DNA of 64,000 bases from an uncultured Haloferula sp. (GCA_965652295.1 CBFGTS010000004.1:128001-192000), one strand, 5' to 3'; positions 50,586 to 61,578 are shown, counted from the stretch's first letter. The notes: generated from the letters alone by a model not told the origin. Numbers and translations: made by a program.

Positions 50586-53348
50586 ATGAATTCCTCGGTT
50601 TCCGCCCGCCAGAACCTGGCTCTTCTGGAGGAGAAGTACGCCCAGTGGAGCGCAGACCCCCAATCGGTGGAGCCGATGTGGGGAGCGTTTTTCGAAGGTT
50701 TCGAGCTGGGCGTGGCGCAGCCGAAAGAACCCGGGGACGCCGCTTCCCAGGCAGCTTCGCCCTCCGGAACCTCTTCGGATTTCGGCTTCTATGGGAAGGT
50801 TGTCAGCCTCGTCTACAACTACCGGACGCTGGGCCACACGCAGGCGGACATCAATCCGCTGGGCGCCGCCGAGCGCAACCCGCGTCTTTCTCCCGAGCAG
50901 TTTGGCTTCACCGGCGCAGATCTGGATCGCGAGGCCTCGAATCCGTTTTTCCGCAATGGCGAGGCGATGAAGCTGCGCGACATGTTCGCGGCGCTTGAGG
51001 CGACCTACTCGGGCGCGATCGGTTTCGAGTTCATGCACATCCACAACACGGTCGTCCGCCACTGGGTGCGCGAGAAGATCGAGTCGCGGGCGCGTCGTGA
51101 GGAGGACCCGAAGGAACGCCAGGCGCTGGCCTTGCTCTGGCTGCTGGAGTCCGAGTTGTTCGAAAGTTTTCTCGGTAAGAAGTTCCTGGGTGAAAAGCGC
51201 TTCTCGATGGAAGGAGGTGAAGGCGCGATGGTGGTGCTGAACTCGATCCTGCGTGCCTGCCCGTCCGCCGGCGTGCTGGAAATCGAGATGGGCATGGCTC
51301 ACCGCGGCCGGCTCAACGTGCTGGCCAACTTCGTCGCCAAATCGTTGCCGACCATCCTTTACGAATTCACGCCGAACTACGTCCCCGACCTCGTGGCGGG
51401 CGATGGCGATGTGAAATACCACCTGGGCTACGAGAGCGTCCGGGAGCTTCCGGACGGCGAAGTCCGTGTGGCGCTTGCCGCCAACCCGAGTCACCTCGAG
51501 GCGGTCAATCCGGTCGTCGAGGGCAAGACCCGCGCCCGCCAGCGCCAGATCGGCGACGACGGCGTGAAGACCGACCGCAAGCGGGTGCTGCCGATCCTGA
51601 TCCACGGCGACGCCGCCTTCGCCGGCCAGGGCTCGGTGGCCGAGGTGCTGAACCTTTCCCAGCTTCCGGGCTATCGCACGGGCGGGACGATCCACCTGAT
51701 CATCAACAACCAGATCGGCTTCACCACGATGCCGGCCGATGCCCGTTCCTCGTCCTACGCGACGGACGTGGCGAAAATGATCGAGGCCCCGATCCTCCAC
51801 GTGAACGGCGAGGAGCCGATGGAACTCTACTGGGCGGCCCGCTTCGCCTTGGAATTTCGCCAGAAGTTCGGCCGCGACGTGGTGATCGACATGTATTGCT
51901 ACCGCCGCCAGGGGCACAACGAGACCGACCAGGCCGCGTTCACCCAGCCGCACATCTATCGTCAGATCCAGTCGCGCGACCCGATCGGCCAGCTTTACAA
52001 GAACCGCTTGGTCGAGGCCGGCACCCTGACCGCTGAAGAGGCGCAGGCGATCGAGGACGAAATCCAGCAGCGGCTCGATGAAGGCTATGAGAAGATGCGC
52101 GAGCACGAGGCCAAGGGCGACCGCACCGTTTTCTCCGGCTCGACCGCCGTGGCCCAGCCCGCCTACCAACACGCCCCGGTGCCGACCGGGGTGGCGCATG
52201 AGATGATCAACCACGTCGGGCGTGTTCTCACGACCGTGCCGGACGGATTCCATCTTCATCCGACCTTGGCGAAACGTTTCGTCCCACGCCGAATCGAGGG
52301 ACTGGAGAAAGGTTCGCCGATCGACTGGGCTTTCGCCGAGGCACTCGCCTTCGGCACCCTGCTGGTGGAAGGAAATCCCGTTCGTCTTTCCGGTCAGGAT
52401 TGTCGCCGCGGCACCTTCTCGCAGCGCCACGCGGTGTTCTACGATTCCGAAACCCGCGAGCGCTACATCCCGCTCCAGCACCTGTCCGACGACCAAGCGA
52501 AGTTCTGCGTCTACAATTCGCTGCTGTCGGAGTTCGCCGTGCTTGGATTCGATTACGGCTATTCGCTCGGCGCTCCGAACATGCTGACCATGTGGGAAGC
52601 TCAGTTCGGCGATTTCTCGAACGGCGCGCAGGTCATCATCGACCAGTTCATTTCCTCCGCCGAGTCGAAGTGGCAGACGCCGAGCGACATCGTTCTGCTG
52701 CTGCCACATGGCTACGAGGGCATGGGGCCGGAACACTCCAGCGCCCGCTTGGAGCGCTTTCTCCAGCTCTGTGCGGAGAAAAACATGATCGTCGGCAACT
52801 TCACCACGCCCGCGCAGTACTTCCATGCCCTGCGGCGGCAGAAGAAGCGTGAGTTCCGCAAGCCGATGGTGCTGATGACTCCGAAGAGTCTGTTGACCCG
52901 TCCGGAGGCGGTTTCGAAAATCGATGATTTCCTTGAGGGTTCCTGTTTCCAGGAAGTGCTGCCGGACCCGAAGGGCTTCGCCGACAACGCGGCGGTGGAG
53001 CGGATCATCTTCTGCACCGGCAAGCTATTCTACGACCTCGCCGCCCACCGCGAGGAGCAGGAGATCGGCAACGCCGCGCTCCTGCGCATCGAGCAGCTCT
53101 ATCCGTTCCACGATGAAATGGTGGCCGCGCTGGTGAGCCAGTATCCGAACGCGTCCCAGTTCGTCTGGGCGCAGGAAGAGCCGCTCAACATGGGTGCGTG
53201 GTCCTACATTTTCCCGCGTCTCGAAAAGGTGCTCGGCCAGAAAGTCCGCTACGCCGGCCGCGGCCGCGCTTCCAGCCCCGCCACAGGCTCGAAGGCGGTG
53301 CACTACCGTGAGCAGAAGGCGCTCATCGAACAGGCCTACTCCGTTTGA
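50586..53348 (+). CDS. sucA: 2-oxoglutarate dehydrogenase E1
   Basis: [49 protein letters not shown]. Confidence 0.96.
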   Translation: MNSSVSARQNLALLEEKYAQWSADPQSVEPMWGAFFEGFELGVAQPKEPGDAASQAASPSGTSSDFGFYGKVVSLVYNYRTLGHTQADINPLGAAERNPRLSPEQFGFTGADLDREASNPFFRNGEAMKLRDMFAALEATYSGAIGFEFMHIHNTVVRHWVREKIESRARREEDPKERQALALLWLLESELFESFLGKKFLGEKRFSMEGGEGAMVVLNSILRACPSAGVLEIEMGMAHRGRLNVLANFVAKSLPTILYEFTPNYVPDLVAGDGDVKYHLGYESVRELPDGEVRVALAANPSHLEAVNPVVEGKTRARQRQIGDDGVKTDRKRVLPILIHGDAAFAGQGSVAEVLNLSQLPGYRTGGTIHLIINNQIGFTTMPADARSSSYATDVAKMIEAPILHVNGEEPMELYWAARFALEFRQKFGRDVVIDMYCYRRQGHNETDQAAFTQPHIYRQIQSRDPIGQLYKNRLVEAGTLTAEEAQAIEDEIQQRLDEGYEKMREHEAKGDRTVFSGSTAVAQPAYQHAPVPTGVAHEMINHVGRVLTTVPDGFHLHPTLAKRFVPRRIEGLEKGSPIDWAFAEALAFGTLLVEGNPVRLSGQDCRRGTFSQRHAVFYDSETRERYIPLQHLSDDQAKFCVYNSLLSEFAVLGFDYGYSLGAPNMLTMWEAQFGDFSNGAQVIIDQFISSAESKWQTPSDIVLLLPHGYEGMGPEHSSARLERFLQLCAEKNMIVGNFTTPAQYFHALRRQKKREFRKPMVLMTPKSLLTRPEAVSKIDDFLEGSCFQEVLPDPKGFADNAAVERIIFCTGKLFYDLAAHREEQEIGNAALLRIEQLYPFHDEMVAALVSQYPNASQFVWAQEEPLNMGAWSYIFPRLEKVLGQKVRYAGRGRASSPATGSKAVHYREQKALIEQAYSV

Positions 53349-53372
53349 TAATCCTATTTCCCCACTGACCCC

Positions 53373-54779
53373 ATGGCTATCGAAGTGAAAGTTCCGGCCG
53401 CAGGTGAATCGATCACCTCGGCGAGTGTCGCGAACTGGCGGATGAAGGACGGCGATCTCGTCCGGGCCGGCGACGTGCTGGTGACGCTGGAAACCGACAA
53501 GGTTTCCAACGAACTCACCGCCGAGGCCGGCGGTCGGATCCGTATTCTGGCTCAGGAAGGCGACGAGGTGGAGATCGGCAGCGTGATCGCCACGATCGAC
53601 ACCGACGTAGCGGTGCCCGCCGAAGAAGAAAAGGGCGACGGAGGGGGTGAGGCGGCTGCCCGTGAGGACGGGGATGAAGGCAAGGTCGTCTCGATCAAAG
53701 TGCCGGCGGCCGGAGAGTCCATCACATCCGCCAACGTTGCCACCTGGCACAAGCGCAACGGGGAGCAAGTGGCCAAGGGCGAGGTGTTGGTGACTTTGGA
53801 GACGGACAAGGTTTCGAGTGAACTCGAAGCGGAGGTTTCCGGGACTTTGAAGATTCTCGTGGCGCAAGGTGAGGAGGTTTCCATCGGCACCGAGATCGCC
53901 CAGATCACCATCGGTCCCGCTCCGGCGGCGACCGCGCCGAAGGAAGCGTCGAAGCCAGCCGAACCGGCTCCGGCCAAGGCGGAGCCATCGAAGTCAGAAG
54001 CCAAAGCCGCGCCCGCTCCTAAGAAGATCTCCCTCCCTGAAGCACCGGAAAAAAAGGCGGATGCCGCCCCCGTCAACGATGGCCGGACGACGCGCAAAAA
54101 GATGAGCATGCTGCGCCGCAAGATCGCGACGCACTTGGTCAACGCCCAACAGACCGCGGCGATCCTGACGACCTTCAACGAGGTCGACATGTCGCAGGTG
54201 ATGAAGCTGCGCAAAGACGTCCAGGAGAGCTTCGTGGCGAAGCATGGCGTGAAGCTCGGCTTCATGTCCTTTTTCGTGAAAGCCGTCGTGCAGGCCCTCA
54301 AGGACGTGCCACAGGTGAACGCCTCGATCGACGGCACGGACATCATTGAAAACCACTTCTACGACATCGGCGTGGCGATCGGCACCGAGAAGGGGCTGGT
54401 CGTGCCGGTGTTGCGGGATTGCGACAAGAAGAGCTTCGCGGAAATCGAAGCCGATATCATCGGCTATGCGACCAAGGCGCGTGAAGGGAAGCTGCAGCTC
54501 GACGATTTGAAGGGTGCGGTGTTCTCCATTTCGAACGGCGGCACCTACGGTTCCTTGCTGAGCACGCCGATCCTGAGCCCGCCGCAGAGCGGAATCCTCG
54601 GCATGCACGCCATCCAACAACGTCCGGTCGCCATCGACGGCAAGGTGGAGATCCGGCCGATGATGTATCTCGCGTTGAGCTACGATCATCGCCTGGTCGA
54701 CGGCAAGGAGGCGGTCACTTTTCTGATCCGCATCAAGGATTGCGTCGAGAATCCGACGCGTCTGCTGTTGGAGATGTGA
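53373..54779 (+). CDS. sucB: 2-oxoglutarate dehydrogenase E2 with two lipoyl domains
   Basis: Two ETDKV lipoyl motifs; [17 protein letters not shown]. Confidence 0.95.
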   Translation: MAIEVKVPAAGESITSASVANWRMKDGDLVRAGDVLVTLETDKVSNELTAEAGGRIRILAQEGDEVEIGSVIATIDTDVAVPAEEEKGDGGGEAAAREDGDEGKVVSIKVPAAGESITSANVATWHKRNGEQVAKGEVLVTLETDKVSSELEAEVSGTLKILVAQGEEVSIGTEIAQITIGPAPAATAPKEASKPAEPAPAKAEPSKSEAKAAPAPKKISLPEAPEKKADAAPVNDGRTTRKKMSMLRRKIATHLVNAQQTAAILTTFNEVDMSQVMKLRKDVQESFVAKHGVKLGFMSFFVKAVVQALKDVPQVNASIDGTDIIENHFYDIGVAIGTEKGLVVPVLRDCDKKSFAEIEADIIGYATKAREGKLQLDDLKGAVFSISNGGTYGSLLSTPILSPPQSGILGMHAIQQRPVAIDGKVEIRPMMYLALSYDHRLVDGKEAVTFLIRIKDCVENPTRLLLEM

Positions 54780-54786
54780 AGGTTTG

Positions 54787-54931
54787 GGAGTGCTCCGACA
54801 TGTCGGAGCTTTCCCGGACGAGGCGGTCATGGTTCGTGACCGTCACTTCGGAGCCGACATGTCGGCTCCGGGCCAGCTCGTCAGGCGACTCACGACTTCA
54901 ACCCGAAAGCTCCGTCGTGCCGGAGCACTCC
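54787..54931. repeat. REP/REPIN-like element
   Basis: GGAGTGCTCCG...CGGAGCTTTC and inverted GAAAGCTCCG...CGGAGCACTCC, with central palindrome CGGAGCCGACATGTCGGCTCCG; second copy at 60570. Confidence 0.8.
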
Positions 54932-54947
54932 GAAAACGGGGCTTCCG

Positions 54948-55586
54948 CTATTTCTTTGAGGCTTCCGCCTTCGATGCCTTCCTCGCCTCCGCGACGAAAT
55001 GGTTGCACGCCTCGCGGCAGAGCAGGGGGATCGCCGGACGGCCGGTGGCGAGATATCCGGGGAAACGGCTTGCCTCACTTTCCTCAAGTGGAGTGTGGGG
55101 ATCGATTTGCCACAGGATCTTCTTCACACAGCAGTTCGAGGGTCCGCACACTTCTCTAACAAGCTGTTGCGCGCCGGGGGTGCTGAGATTTCGGGCAAAG
55201 CGATACATGCCGGTCTGGCGGTTGAGCTTGTCGCGCAGGTGTTGGACGTCCGCGTCTCCTGATTCGAGCGCAAGCCACACACCAATGGCGGCCGGATAGA
55301 ACAGGTCGAGCGCGGCGCGGAGCTGGTCGGCATCGTCGAGCAGCAACAGCCAGCCCCGCTTCAGGGAAAGCTCGCTTTTGGTGAAGCGGTAGTGGCCGTC
55401 TTCCGCCCAGGTCGAAAGCTCACGGGCGGCGGCGGGACCGGTGTGTTTTTCGAGAAAATCCAGACGTTCGACGTCGTCGAGGTGGCAAAGTGCGTAAGGG
55501 ATGCTGGCGGTGTCGGGAAGGATGGCGATTTCTCCGATCTGGCGGATGCCATCGCGGACGGCCTGGGCGAGCTTTTCGGCGATCAT
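54948..55586 (-). CDS. DR2241-like protein with Cys-rich putative Fe-S C-terminus
   Basis: G.YRF.K....L.RGW, ALDLFYPA, RQTGMY, C....CCVK..LW, LLCREACN. Confidence 0.75.
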   Translation of the reverse strand: MIAEKLAQAVRDGIRQIGEIAILPDTASIPYALCHLDDVERLDFLEKHTGPAAARELSTWAEDGHYRFTKSELSLKRGWLLLLDDADQLRAALDLFYPAAIGVWLALESGDADVQHLRDKLNRQTGMYRFARNLSTPGAQQLVREVCGPSNCCVKKILWQIDPHTPLEESEASRFPGYLATGRPAIPLLCREACNHFVAEARKASKAEASKK

Positions 55587-56398
55587 GGGCGGTGCGTGCG
55601 GTCGAAGTCGGCGATCTGGTCGAGAATCACGTCGGCCATGTGGCACTCGGTACCGATGGCGGACGAGTAGTAAAGGGTCTTGCCGCGGAGCGGGTGGAGA
55701 TTGTGTCGAAAGACTTCGCGCTGGCTGGCGGCGGGCCCGACCTCGGGTTCGATGCCGAGGAGCACGGGGATGTCCTGATAGCTGTGGAGACCGTCGGAGA
55801 TGAAGAACGGCACCACCACCACGTTGGGCGTGGTGGCGAGCTTGTCCCACTCCGCGATGAACGGTTGCTCCTCCATGTAGGCATCGAGCACGGCCGCGTA
55901 ACCGGCTCCCGAAGCCATGATCCGGGCCGCCTGATCCTTGATCGCCTTGGTGGAATTCTGGTTCAGTCCCGTGCCATGGCCGACGATGAACAAGGTCGTG
56001 GTGGAGGGATCGACCTCGGGAGCGACCTCCTTGGCGCGGCGGAGAAGCAGGTCGGTCATCGAATCATGGACGCCGACGGGCAGGGTGTAGTGCCAGGTTT
56101 TCCCGTGGCGGAGGGTGGTGGGGCCATCGAGTTCGAGTTCGCGCGGGATGACATCCTGCGTGAAGTAGCCTTCGCTGATGAAGTCGGGGACGACGTAGAT
56201 CTCGTCGGCATCGACCAGGAACCGTGCCTCGCGCATGGACGGCTCTTCTTTCCAGAAACAGCAGTGGACCTCGCGGAAAAGGCCGCGTCGGCGGAGTTCG
56301 TCGGCGTGATCGAAGTAGGGCGTGGACGAATCCGGATTCTCGGTGGATCCGTGGCCGACGATGAGCAGGGCGCAGTCGGGTTTCGGCGCGATGGGCAT
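55583..56398 (-). CDS. CbiX/SirB family chelatase-like protein
   Basis: Two GHG motifs (IVGHGS, IVGHGT), FWKEEP, VVPFFISDGLHS. Confidence 0.85.
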   Translation of the reverse strand: MPIAPKPDCALLIVGHGSTENPDSSTPYFDHADELRRRGLFREVHCCFWKEEPSMREARFLVDADEIYVVPDFISEGYFTQDVIPRELELDGPTTLRHGKTWHYTLPVGVHDSMTDLLLRRAKEVAPEVDPSTTTLFIVGHGTGLNQNSTKAIKDQAARIMASGAGYAAVLDAYMEEQPFIAEWDKLATTPNVVVVPFFISDGLHSYQDIPVLLGIEPEVGPAASQREVFRHNLHPLRGKTLYYSSAIGTECHMADVILDQIADFDRTHRP

Positions 56399-56480
56399 GC
56401 GCCCAAATTGCGCGGCGGTGCCGGGGATGCAAGCGGATTGAAGGATTGCCGGGGGAGAGCCGCGAGCCGAGGATCGCGGC

Positions 56481-57128
56481 GTGCGCAAGCTGCTGTTGTG
56501 GTGGGACGAAACGCTCCGGGGCGGGCCGGAGAACATGGCGGTGGATGAGTGGCTGCTGAAGTCAGCCCGCGAACCGGTGCTGCGGATCTACGGCTGGCGG
56601 GGCGCGTGGGGAAGCTGCGGGTACTTCGTGCCGGCGGCGGAGACAGCCGCGGCGCTGGGTGGCAGTCCGTGGGTGCGGCGATGGACGGGCGGCGGAATCG
56701 TCGATCACCGCTCCGACTGGACTTACACCCTGGTCATTCCGCACAACGAGCCTCTGGCCGGTGCGCGAGGCGGCGAAAGCTATCGCGTCATCCACCGCGC
56801 GCTCGCCACCGCCTTGGCGGAGTCCGGGGCCCGGCTGGCGGGTGAGCTTCCACCGGCACGCGGCGGGCGGTGTTTCGAGAAGGCGGTCGAGCATGATATC
56901 GTGGACCGGGAGGGTCGGAAGATCGCCGGGGCGGGTCAGAGGCGGACGCTTCAAGGGCTGCTGCACCAGGGTTCCTTGGCGTGGCGACCGGATCGCGCTC
57001 AGGTGGAGTTTTTCGCGGCGAACCTCGCCGCTGGCGTCGAGACGCGGATGCTCGTCCCCGATTCCGCCATGGTGGCGGGAATTATCACCGTGCGGTATGG
57101 TCTTCCTGCTTGGAACGAGCGTCGGTAA
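56481..57128 (+). CDS. Lipoate-protein ligase / octanoyltransferase family (LplA/LipM-like)
   Basis: NMAVDEWLL, LRIYGW, VRRWTGGGIVDH, KIAGAGQRR, LHQGS. Confidence 0.85.
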   Translation: MRKLLLWWDETLRGGPENMAVDEWLLKSAREPVLRIYGWRGAWGSCGYFVPAAETAAALGGSPWVRRWTGGGIVDHRSDWTYTLVIPHNEPLAGARGGESYRVIHRALATALAESGARLAGELPPARGGRCFEKAVEHDIVDREGRKIAGAGQRRTLQGLLHQGSLAWRPDRAQVEFFAANLAAGVETRMLVPDSAMVAGIITVRYGLPAWNERR

Positions 57129-57200
57129 ACGCTATGAACCCATGATTTCTAAAGGGTTGGCCCGGCCCTTGCTAATTTGGAGAACCTCCACGCAAGGCTC

Positions 57201-58631
57201 ATGTTCGAAGGCTACGACCCCGGTCAATTCTACGATGAAATGTTCTCGTCTTCCGACGAGGTCCGAAGGAGTTGTGCGGATGTTCTCGCCAAGTTCGAGA
57301 GGATGTCCGACGAGGATTTCGAGCGTCGCCGCGCTGCCTGTGACGAGCATTTCCTCCGCCAGGGGGTGACCTTCACCGTCTATCACGACGACCGCGGCAC
57401 CGAGCGGATCTTCCCTTTCGACCCCGTGCCCCGGGTGATCCCGGCCGATGAGTGGGAAACGCTCGAGGCGGGCCTCACCCAGCGGATCATCGCGCTGAAC
57501 CTTTTCCTGCACGACATCTACCACGATCAGCAGATCGTTCGCGACGGCCTCGTGCCGCAGTATCACATCGACGGTGCCAAGCATTACCGTTCCGAGTTCC
57601 GGGGCATCGATGTGCCGGGCGACATTTACATCCACATCTGCGGCTCTGATTTGATCCGGGGCGATGACGGCCAATTCTACGTGCTGGAGGATAACGGCCG
57701 CTGCCCCTCCGGCGCGTCCTATCTGTTGGAGAACCGCAACGCGCTCAAGCGGGCTTTTCCCGAGATCTTTTCGGGCTCACGCGTAAGACCGGTGGACGCC
57801 TACCCGGCGGAGGTGCGCAAGATGCTCCACCACGTCTCGCCCCGGCGGGAGGGGGATCCGGTGTGCGTGCTGCTGACCCCCGGTTGCTACAACAGCGCGT
57901 ATTTCGAGCACTGCTATCTGGCGCGCGAGATGGGCATCGAGATTGTGGAAGGGCGCGACCTCGTGGTGATGGATGACTTCGTCTACATGCGCACGACCAA
58001 GGGGCTGGTGCGGGTGGATGTGATCTACCGCCGGATCGACGACGATTTCCTCGATCCCACCGTGTTCCGAAAGGATTCGGCGCTGGGCGTGCCCGGGCTT
58101 ATGCGGGCTTACCGGGCAGGCAACGTCGCGCTGGCCAACGCCGTCGGCACCGGTGTGGCCGACGACAAGGTCATCTACCGCTTCGTGCCGGACATGATCC
58201 GCTACTATCTGGGCCAGGAGCCGATCCTGCCGAACGTGCCCACCTATCTCGCCTCGGAGGAGGAGGACCGGAAATACATCCTCGATCATTTGCCCGAACT
58301 CGTGGTCAAGGCGGCCAACGAGTCCGGCGGATACGGCATGTTGATGGGGCCGGCCGCGACCAAGGCCGAGATCGAGGAGTTCCGGCAACGTATTCTCCAC
58401 GATCCGCGGAACTACATCGCTCAGCCGGTCGTTTCACTTTCGACATGCCCGACCGCAGGCGAAGGGGGCATGGCCGGCCGGCACGTCGATCTGCGACCTT
58501 ACATCGTCTACGGCAAGGATGTGAAAATCGTCCCGGGCGGCCTGACCCGGGTTGCCTTGCGTGAAGGCTCGCTAGTGGTGAACTCCTCGCAGGGCGGGGG
58601 CAGCAAAGACACTTGGGTTCTGAGGGATTGA
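57201..58631 (+). CDS. Circularly permuted type 2 ATP-grasp protein
   Basis: [58 protein letters not shown]. Confidence 0.93.
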   Translation: MFEGYDPGQFYDEMFSSSDEVRRSCADVLAKFERMSDEDFERRRAACDEHFLRQGVTFTVYHDDRGTERIFPFDPVPRVIPADEWETLEAGLTQRIIALNLFLHDIYHDQQIVRDGLVPQYHIDGAKHYRSEFRGIDVPGDIYIHICGSDLIRGDDGQFYVLEDNGRCPSGASYLLENRNALKRAFPEIFSGSRVRPVDAYPAEVRKMLHHVSPRREGDPVCVLLTPGCYNSAYFEHCYLAREMGIEIVEGRDLVVMDDFVYMRTTKGLVRVDVIYRRIDDDFLDPTVFRKDSALGVPGLMRAYRAGNVALANAVGTGVADDKVIYRFVPDMIRYYLGQEPILPNVPTYLASEEEDRKYILDHLPELVVKAANESGGYGMLMGPAATKAEIEEFRQRILHDPRNYIAQPVVSLSTCPTAGEGGMAGRHVDLRPYIVYGKDVKIVPGGLTRVALREGSLVVNSSQGGGSKDTWVLRD

Positions 58632-58634
58632 ACT

Positions 58635-59660
58635 ATGCTATCACGAGTCGCCAACAGCCTGTATTGGATGGTCCGCTATATCGAGCGGGCGGACAACCTG
58701 GCCCGGTTGATCGAGGTCAACGAGCGGGTTTTGCTCGATTTCGGCGTTGATGAGGCAAGCCGGGAGGAGACCTTCTGGCGGCCGATCGTCGCCAGCACCG
58801 GGGACGAGGATCTCTACTTCGAGCTGAATCCCGGCGGGGATGGATCGCGCTCGGTGGTCCATTTCCTGACGTACGACCGGCAGAACCCGAACAGCATTTC
58901 CTCATGCATCGCGCTGGCCCGCGAGAACGCCCGCATGGTGCGTGACCAGCTTTCCGAGGCGCTGTGGGAGGAGATCAACTCCCTCTACCTGTTTGCCAAT
59001 TCCGAGTCGGCGAGGCGGATGTTGGAAAGCGACCGGGCGGACTATTTCAGCGCCATCCGCCGCGGCACGTTCTGCTTCCATGGGATCGCCGCCGGCACCA
59101 CGCCGCGGCGTGAGGCGTGGGCTTTCATGGAGCTCGGCCGCTACCTTGAGCGGGCGGACAAGACGACCCGCTTCCTCGATGTCGCCCATTTCCTCCCCGC
59201 GGAGTACGCCGCTTCGTCCGACCACTGGATCTCCGTCCTCAAGTCCTGTGGCGGCCTTGACGCCTATCGCACGCTCCACCTCGGTCCGGTGGACGGGGAT
59301 GGCGTGGTTGGCTTCATGCTTTTCGAAAGGTCGTTTCCCCGCTCGGTCGCTTTCTGCATCGACCGCGCCGATGAGTGCCTCCACACCATCTCCGGCCGCC
59401 TTCGCGGCGGCTATGGCGATGGGGCCGAGCGCTGCGCCGGCAAGCTTCATGCGGAGCTGTCCTATGGCACGCTGGGTGAGGTCAAGCGGGCCGGGTTGCA
59501 CGCCTATCTCGATCGGCTGCAATCCAGCATCAATGACGTCGGCGGCGAAGTCTTCGAGACCTACGTCTTGCTTCCCGAGCGGATTGACGTGCAACCTTTC
59601 GCCCATGCGTCGTCGGCATCTTCCGCGGCGGCTTGGCAAATGGAACAACAACAACAGTGA
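58635..59660 (+). CDS. Alpha-E domain protein
   Basis: MLSRVANSLYW..RYIERA, ARENAR, LGRYLERADKT.R. Confidence 0.92.
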   Translation: MLSRVANSLYWMVRYIERADNLARLIEVNERVLLDFGVDEASREETFWRPIVASTGDEDLYFELNPGGDGSRSVVHFLTYDRQNPNSISSCIALARENARMVRDQLSEALWEEINSLYLFANSESARRMLESDRADYFSAIRRGTFCFHGIAAGTTPRREAWAFMELGRYLERADKTTRFLDVAHFLPAEYAASSDHWISVLKSCGGLDAYRTLHLGPVDGDGVVGFMLFERSFPRSVAFCIDRADECLHTISGRLRGGYGDGAERCAGKLHAELSYGTLGEVKRAGLHAYLDRLQSSINDVGGEVFETYVLLPERIDVQPFAHASSASSAAAWQMEQQQQ

Positions 59661-59662
59661 CG

Positions 59663-60565
59663 ATGGCCGCGGTGGAGTCCCAGCAGGGAAAGGATCGGGA
59701 GCCGGAAAACCTCCAACAGGGGCCGAAGTTCGATGTCCTCCACAGAACGAGCTTCCTCTATGGGGCACCGGTTCACGACAGCGCGAATTCGCTGCACCTG
59801 GAGCCGCGCACCTTTCCTTTTCAGAAAAGGATCATGGCGACCATCCGCGTGTTGCCGGCGACGCGGCTGCGGAGTTACACGGATCTTTTCGGCAACGTCA
59901 CCCACTACTTCGAGGTGGCGCAGGCGCACGATCGCCTGGAAGTCGAGAGCCGCTTCAGGATCGTCAATCTTCCGCTCAAGGTTCCCGTCGAGGCGCGGGA
60001 GGCGGAAATGGATTTCTACCGGGATGCGGAGGTGAAGGATCGCACCTGGGTCTACCTTCAGGAGAGCCGCTATGTCTCGCGGCATGCGGAGCTGTGGCGG
60101 CAGGCGATCGACCTCACCCGCGACGTGCCGAAGGTCTTCGACCGGGCTTCACGGATCATGGAATGGGTGCATGACAAGTTCACCTACGAGGTGGGTAGTA
60201 CCCATGTGAGCACTCACATCGACGATGCGTTTTCCGGTCGAAAAGGGGTTTGTCAGGATTTCACCCACGTTATGCTCGGCCTGTGTCGGGCGATCGATCT
60301 TCCCGCGCGCTACGCCTCCGGCTATCTCTACAATGGTCCGAGTGACACGTTGGTGGGTGCCCAGGCATCCCACGCCTGGCCGGAGGTCTACCTGCCGCTG
60401 GTCGGCTGGGTCGGTTTTGATCCGACCCACAACTGCCTCGCCGATGAGCGGTTCATCAAGGTGGCGGTGGGGCGCGACTACGACGATGTGGCTCCGATCA
60501 AGGGCTCCTACCGGGGCACGGCGAATTGCCGGCTCTCGGTGACCGTGGAGGTGGAGAAGTTGTGA
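59663..60565 (+). CDS. Transglutaminase-like protein
   Basis: GVCQDFTH, ARYASGY, SHAW.EV, GFDPT, GRDY.DV.P. Confidence 0.92.
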   Translation: MAAVESQQGKDREPENLQQGPKFDVLHRTSFLYGAPVHDSANSLHLEPRTFPFQKRIMATIRVLPATRLRSYTDLFGNVTHYFEVAQAHDRLEVESRFRIVNLPLKVPVEAREAEMDFYRDAEVKDRTWVYLQESRYVSRHAELWRQAIDLTRDVPKVFDRASRIMEWVHDKFTYEVGSTHVSTHIDDAFSGRKGVCQDFTHVMLGLCRAIDLPARYASGYLYNGPSDTLVGAQASHAWPEVYLPLVGWVGFDPTHNCLADERFIKVAVGRDYDDVAPIKGSYRGTANCRLSVTVEVEKL

Positions 60566-60569
60566 TCTT

Positions 60570-60713
60570 GAGTGCTCCGACATGTTGGAGCTTTTCAGGT
60601 GGGAGCGGGAGTTGCCGGACGGGCTGGTTCGGAGCCGACATGTCGGCTTCGGGGGAGGGGCACGATCGGTGAGCGGCCGGGAGGGGAAAGTGGGTGACAT
60701 GTCACCGCAGTCC
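60570..60713. repeat. REP/REPIN-like element, second copy
   Basis: GAGTGCTCCGACATGTTGGAGCTTT, CGGAGCCGACATGTCGGCTTCG and AAAGTGGGTGACATGTCACCGCAGTCC. Confidence 0.75.
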
Positions 60714-60729
60714 CAAGGGAGATCTTCAC

Positions 60730-60763
60730 AAAAAAGCGCCCGACGTGGGACACGCCGGGCGCT
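60730..60763 (-). terminator. Terminator of the Hsp20 operon
   Basis: AGCGCCCG/CGGGCGCT stem with A6 on +. Confidence 0.7.
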
Positions 60764-60782
60764 GGGAAGCTTGCTCTACCTG

Positions 60783-61169
60783 TTACAGGACCTCGATCCG
60801 CTTCGGTTGCGCGGCTTCGACGAGTGGCAGGGACAGCTTGAGGATGCCGTCCGCCAAGGCGGCGGTGAGCTTCGCGGTGTCGAGGTTTTCGGCGATGCGG
60901 AGCTTGAGTCGGTATCCCTCCGGCGCAGCAGGTCCGTGGACGAGCTTGCCGGGATGGTCATCGGCGGGTCGGACGGCTTCGAGGACGAGCTGGGCGCCTT
61001 GGATTTCCAAGGTGAGGCTGTCCTTCTTCACACCGGGGATCACGACCTCGACATCGACGCCGCCCTCGTGTCGACGGGCGCGCCAATGCGGCTGGACGAA
61101 AGTGATCTCGCGGGTGGAGGTCTCAGGAGTGGTCACGTCGGTGGTGGTGTTTTCGCAGCAAGTATTCAT
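60783..61169 (-). CDS. Hsp20/alpha-crystallin family protein
   Basis: VVIPGVKKDSL.LE, A.LADGIL.L.LP, PKRIEV. Confidence 0.85.
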   Translation of the reverse strand: MNTCCENTTTDVTTPETSTREITFVQPHWRARRHEGGVDVEVVIPGVKKDSLTLEIQGAQLVLEAVRPADDHPGKLVHGPAAPEGYRLKLRIAENLDTAKLTAALADGILKLSLPLVEAAQPKRIEVL

Positions 61170-61193
61170 GGATGTGATGTGGATGTTTGAAGG

Positions 61194-61550
61194 TTAGAGG
61201 ATTTCGATGCGGCGGACTTCCTGGCTGGCGTCGGCCTTCGGCAGGCGCACACGCAGGAGACCGTCGGCGAGCCGTGCGCAGACGGCGGTGGCGTCGACTT
61301 GGCGCCCGAGCGGCAAGCGCCGCTGATCGGTCTCGCCGAGATCGAGGACCAGCACGCGGTCGCGGACTTCGAGTTTCACCGCGTCTTTCGCGATGCCGGG
61401 GACGTCCATTTCAACCGTCCAGCCGTTGTCGTCTTCAAACAGACGAAAGGGGCGGTTGGGCGCTTCGAAATGGCGGATGGCTTGATCCACGAACTGGCTG
61501 AGGTCGTCGAACCAGCCGCGGGTGTTCATCAAATGAGGTGCAAGAATCAT
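61194..61550 (-). CDS. Hsp20/alpha-crystallin family protein
   Basis: EMDVPGIAKDAV, VDATAV.ARLADGLL.V.LPK, RRIEI. Confidence 0.85.
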   Translation of the reverse strand: MILAPHLMNTRGWFDDLSQFVDQAIRHFEAPNRPFRLFEDDNGWTVEMDVPGIAKDAVKLEVRDRVLVLDLGETDQRRLPLGRQVDATAVCARLADGLLRVRLPKADASQEVRRIEIL

Positions 61551-61578
61551 GGTGTCTGGAATCAGGTTGCCGTCTTTG

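Noticed and set aside
54787..54931. CRISPR array
   Set aside because: The repeats are inverted palindromes rather than direct repeats with regular spacers, and no cas genes are present.
57201..60565. ATP-grasp/alpha-E/transglutaminase operon as a novel system
   Set aside because: This is an already described, widespread predicted peptide-ligation module; listed as features only.
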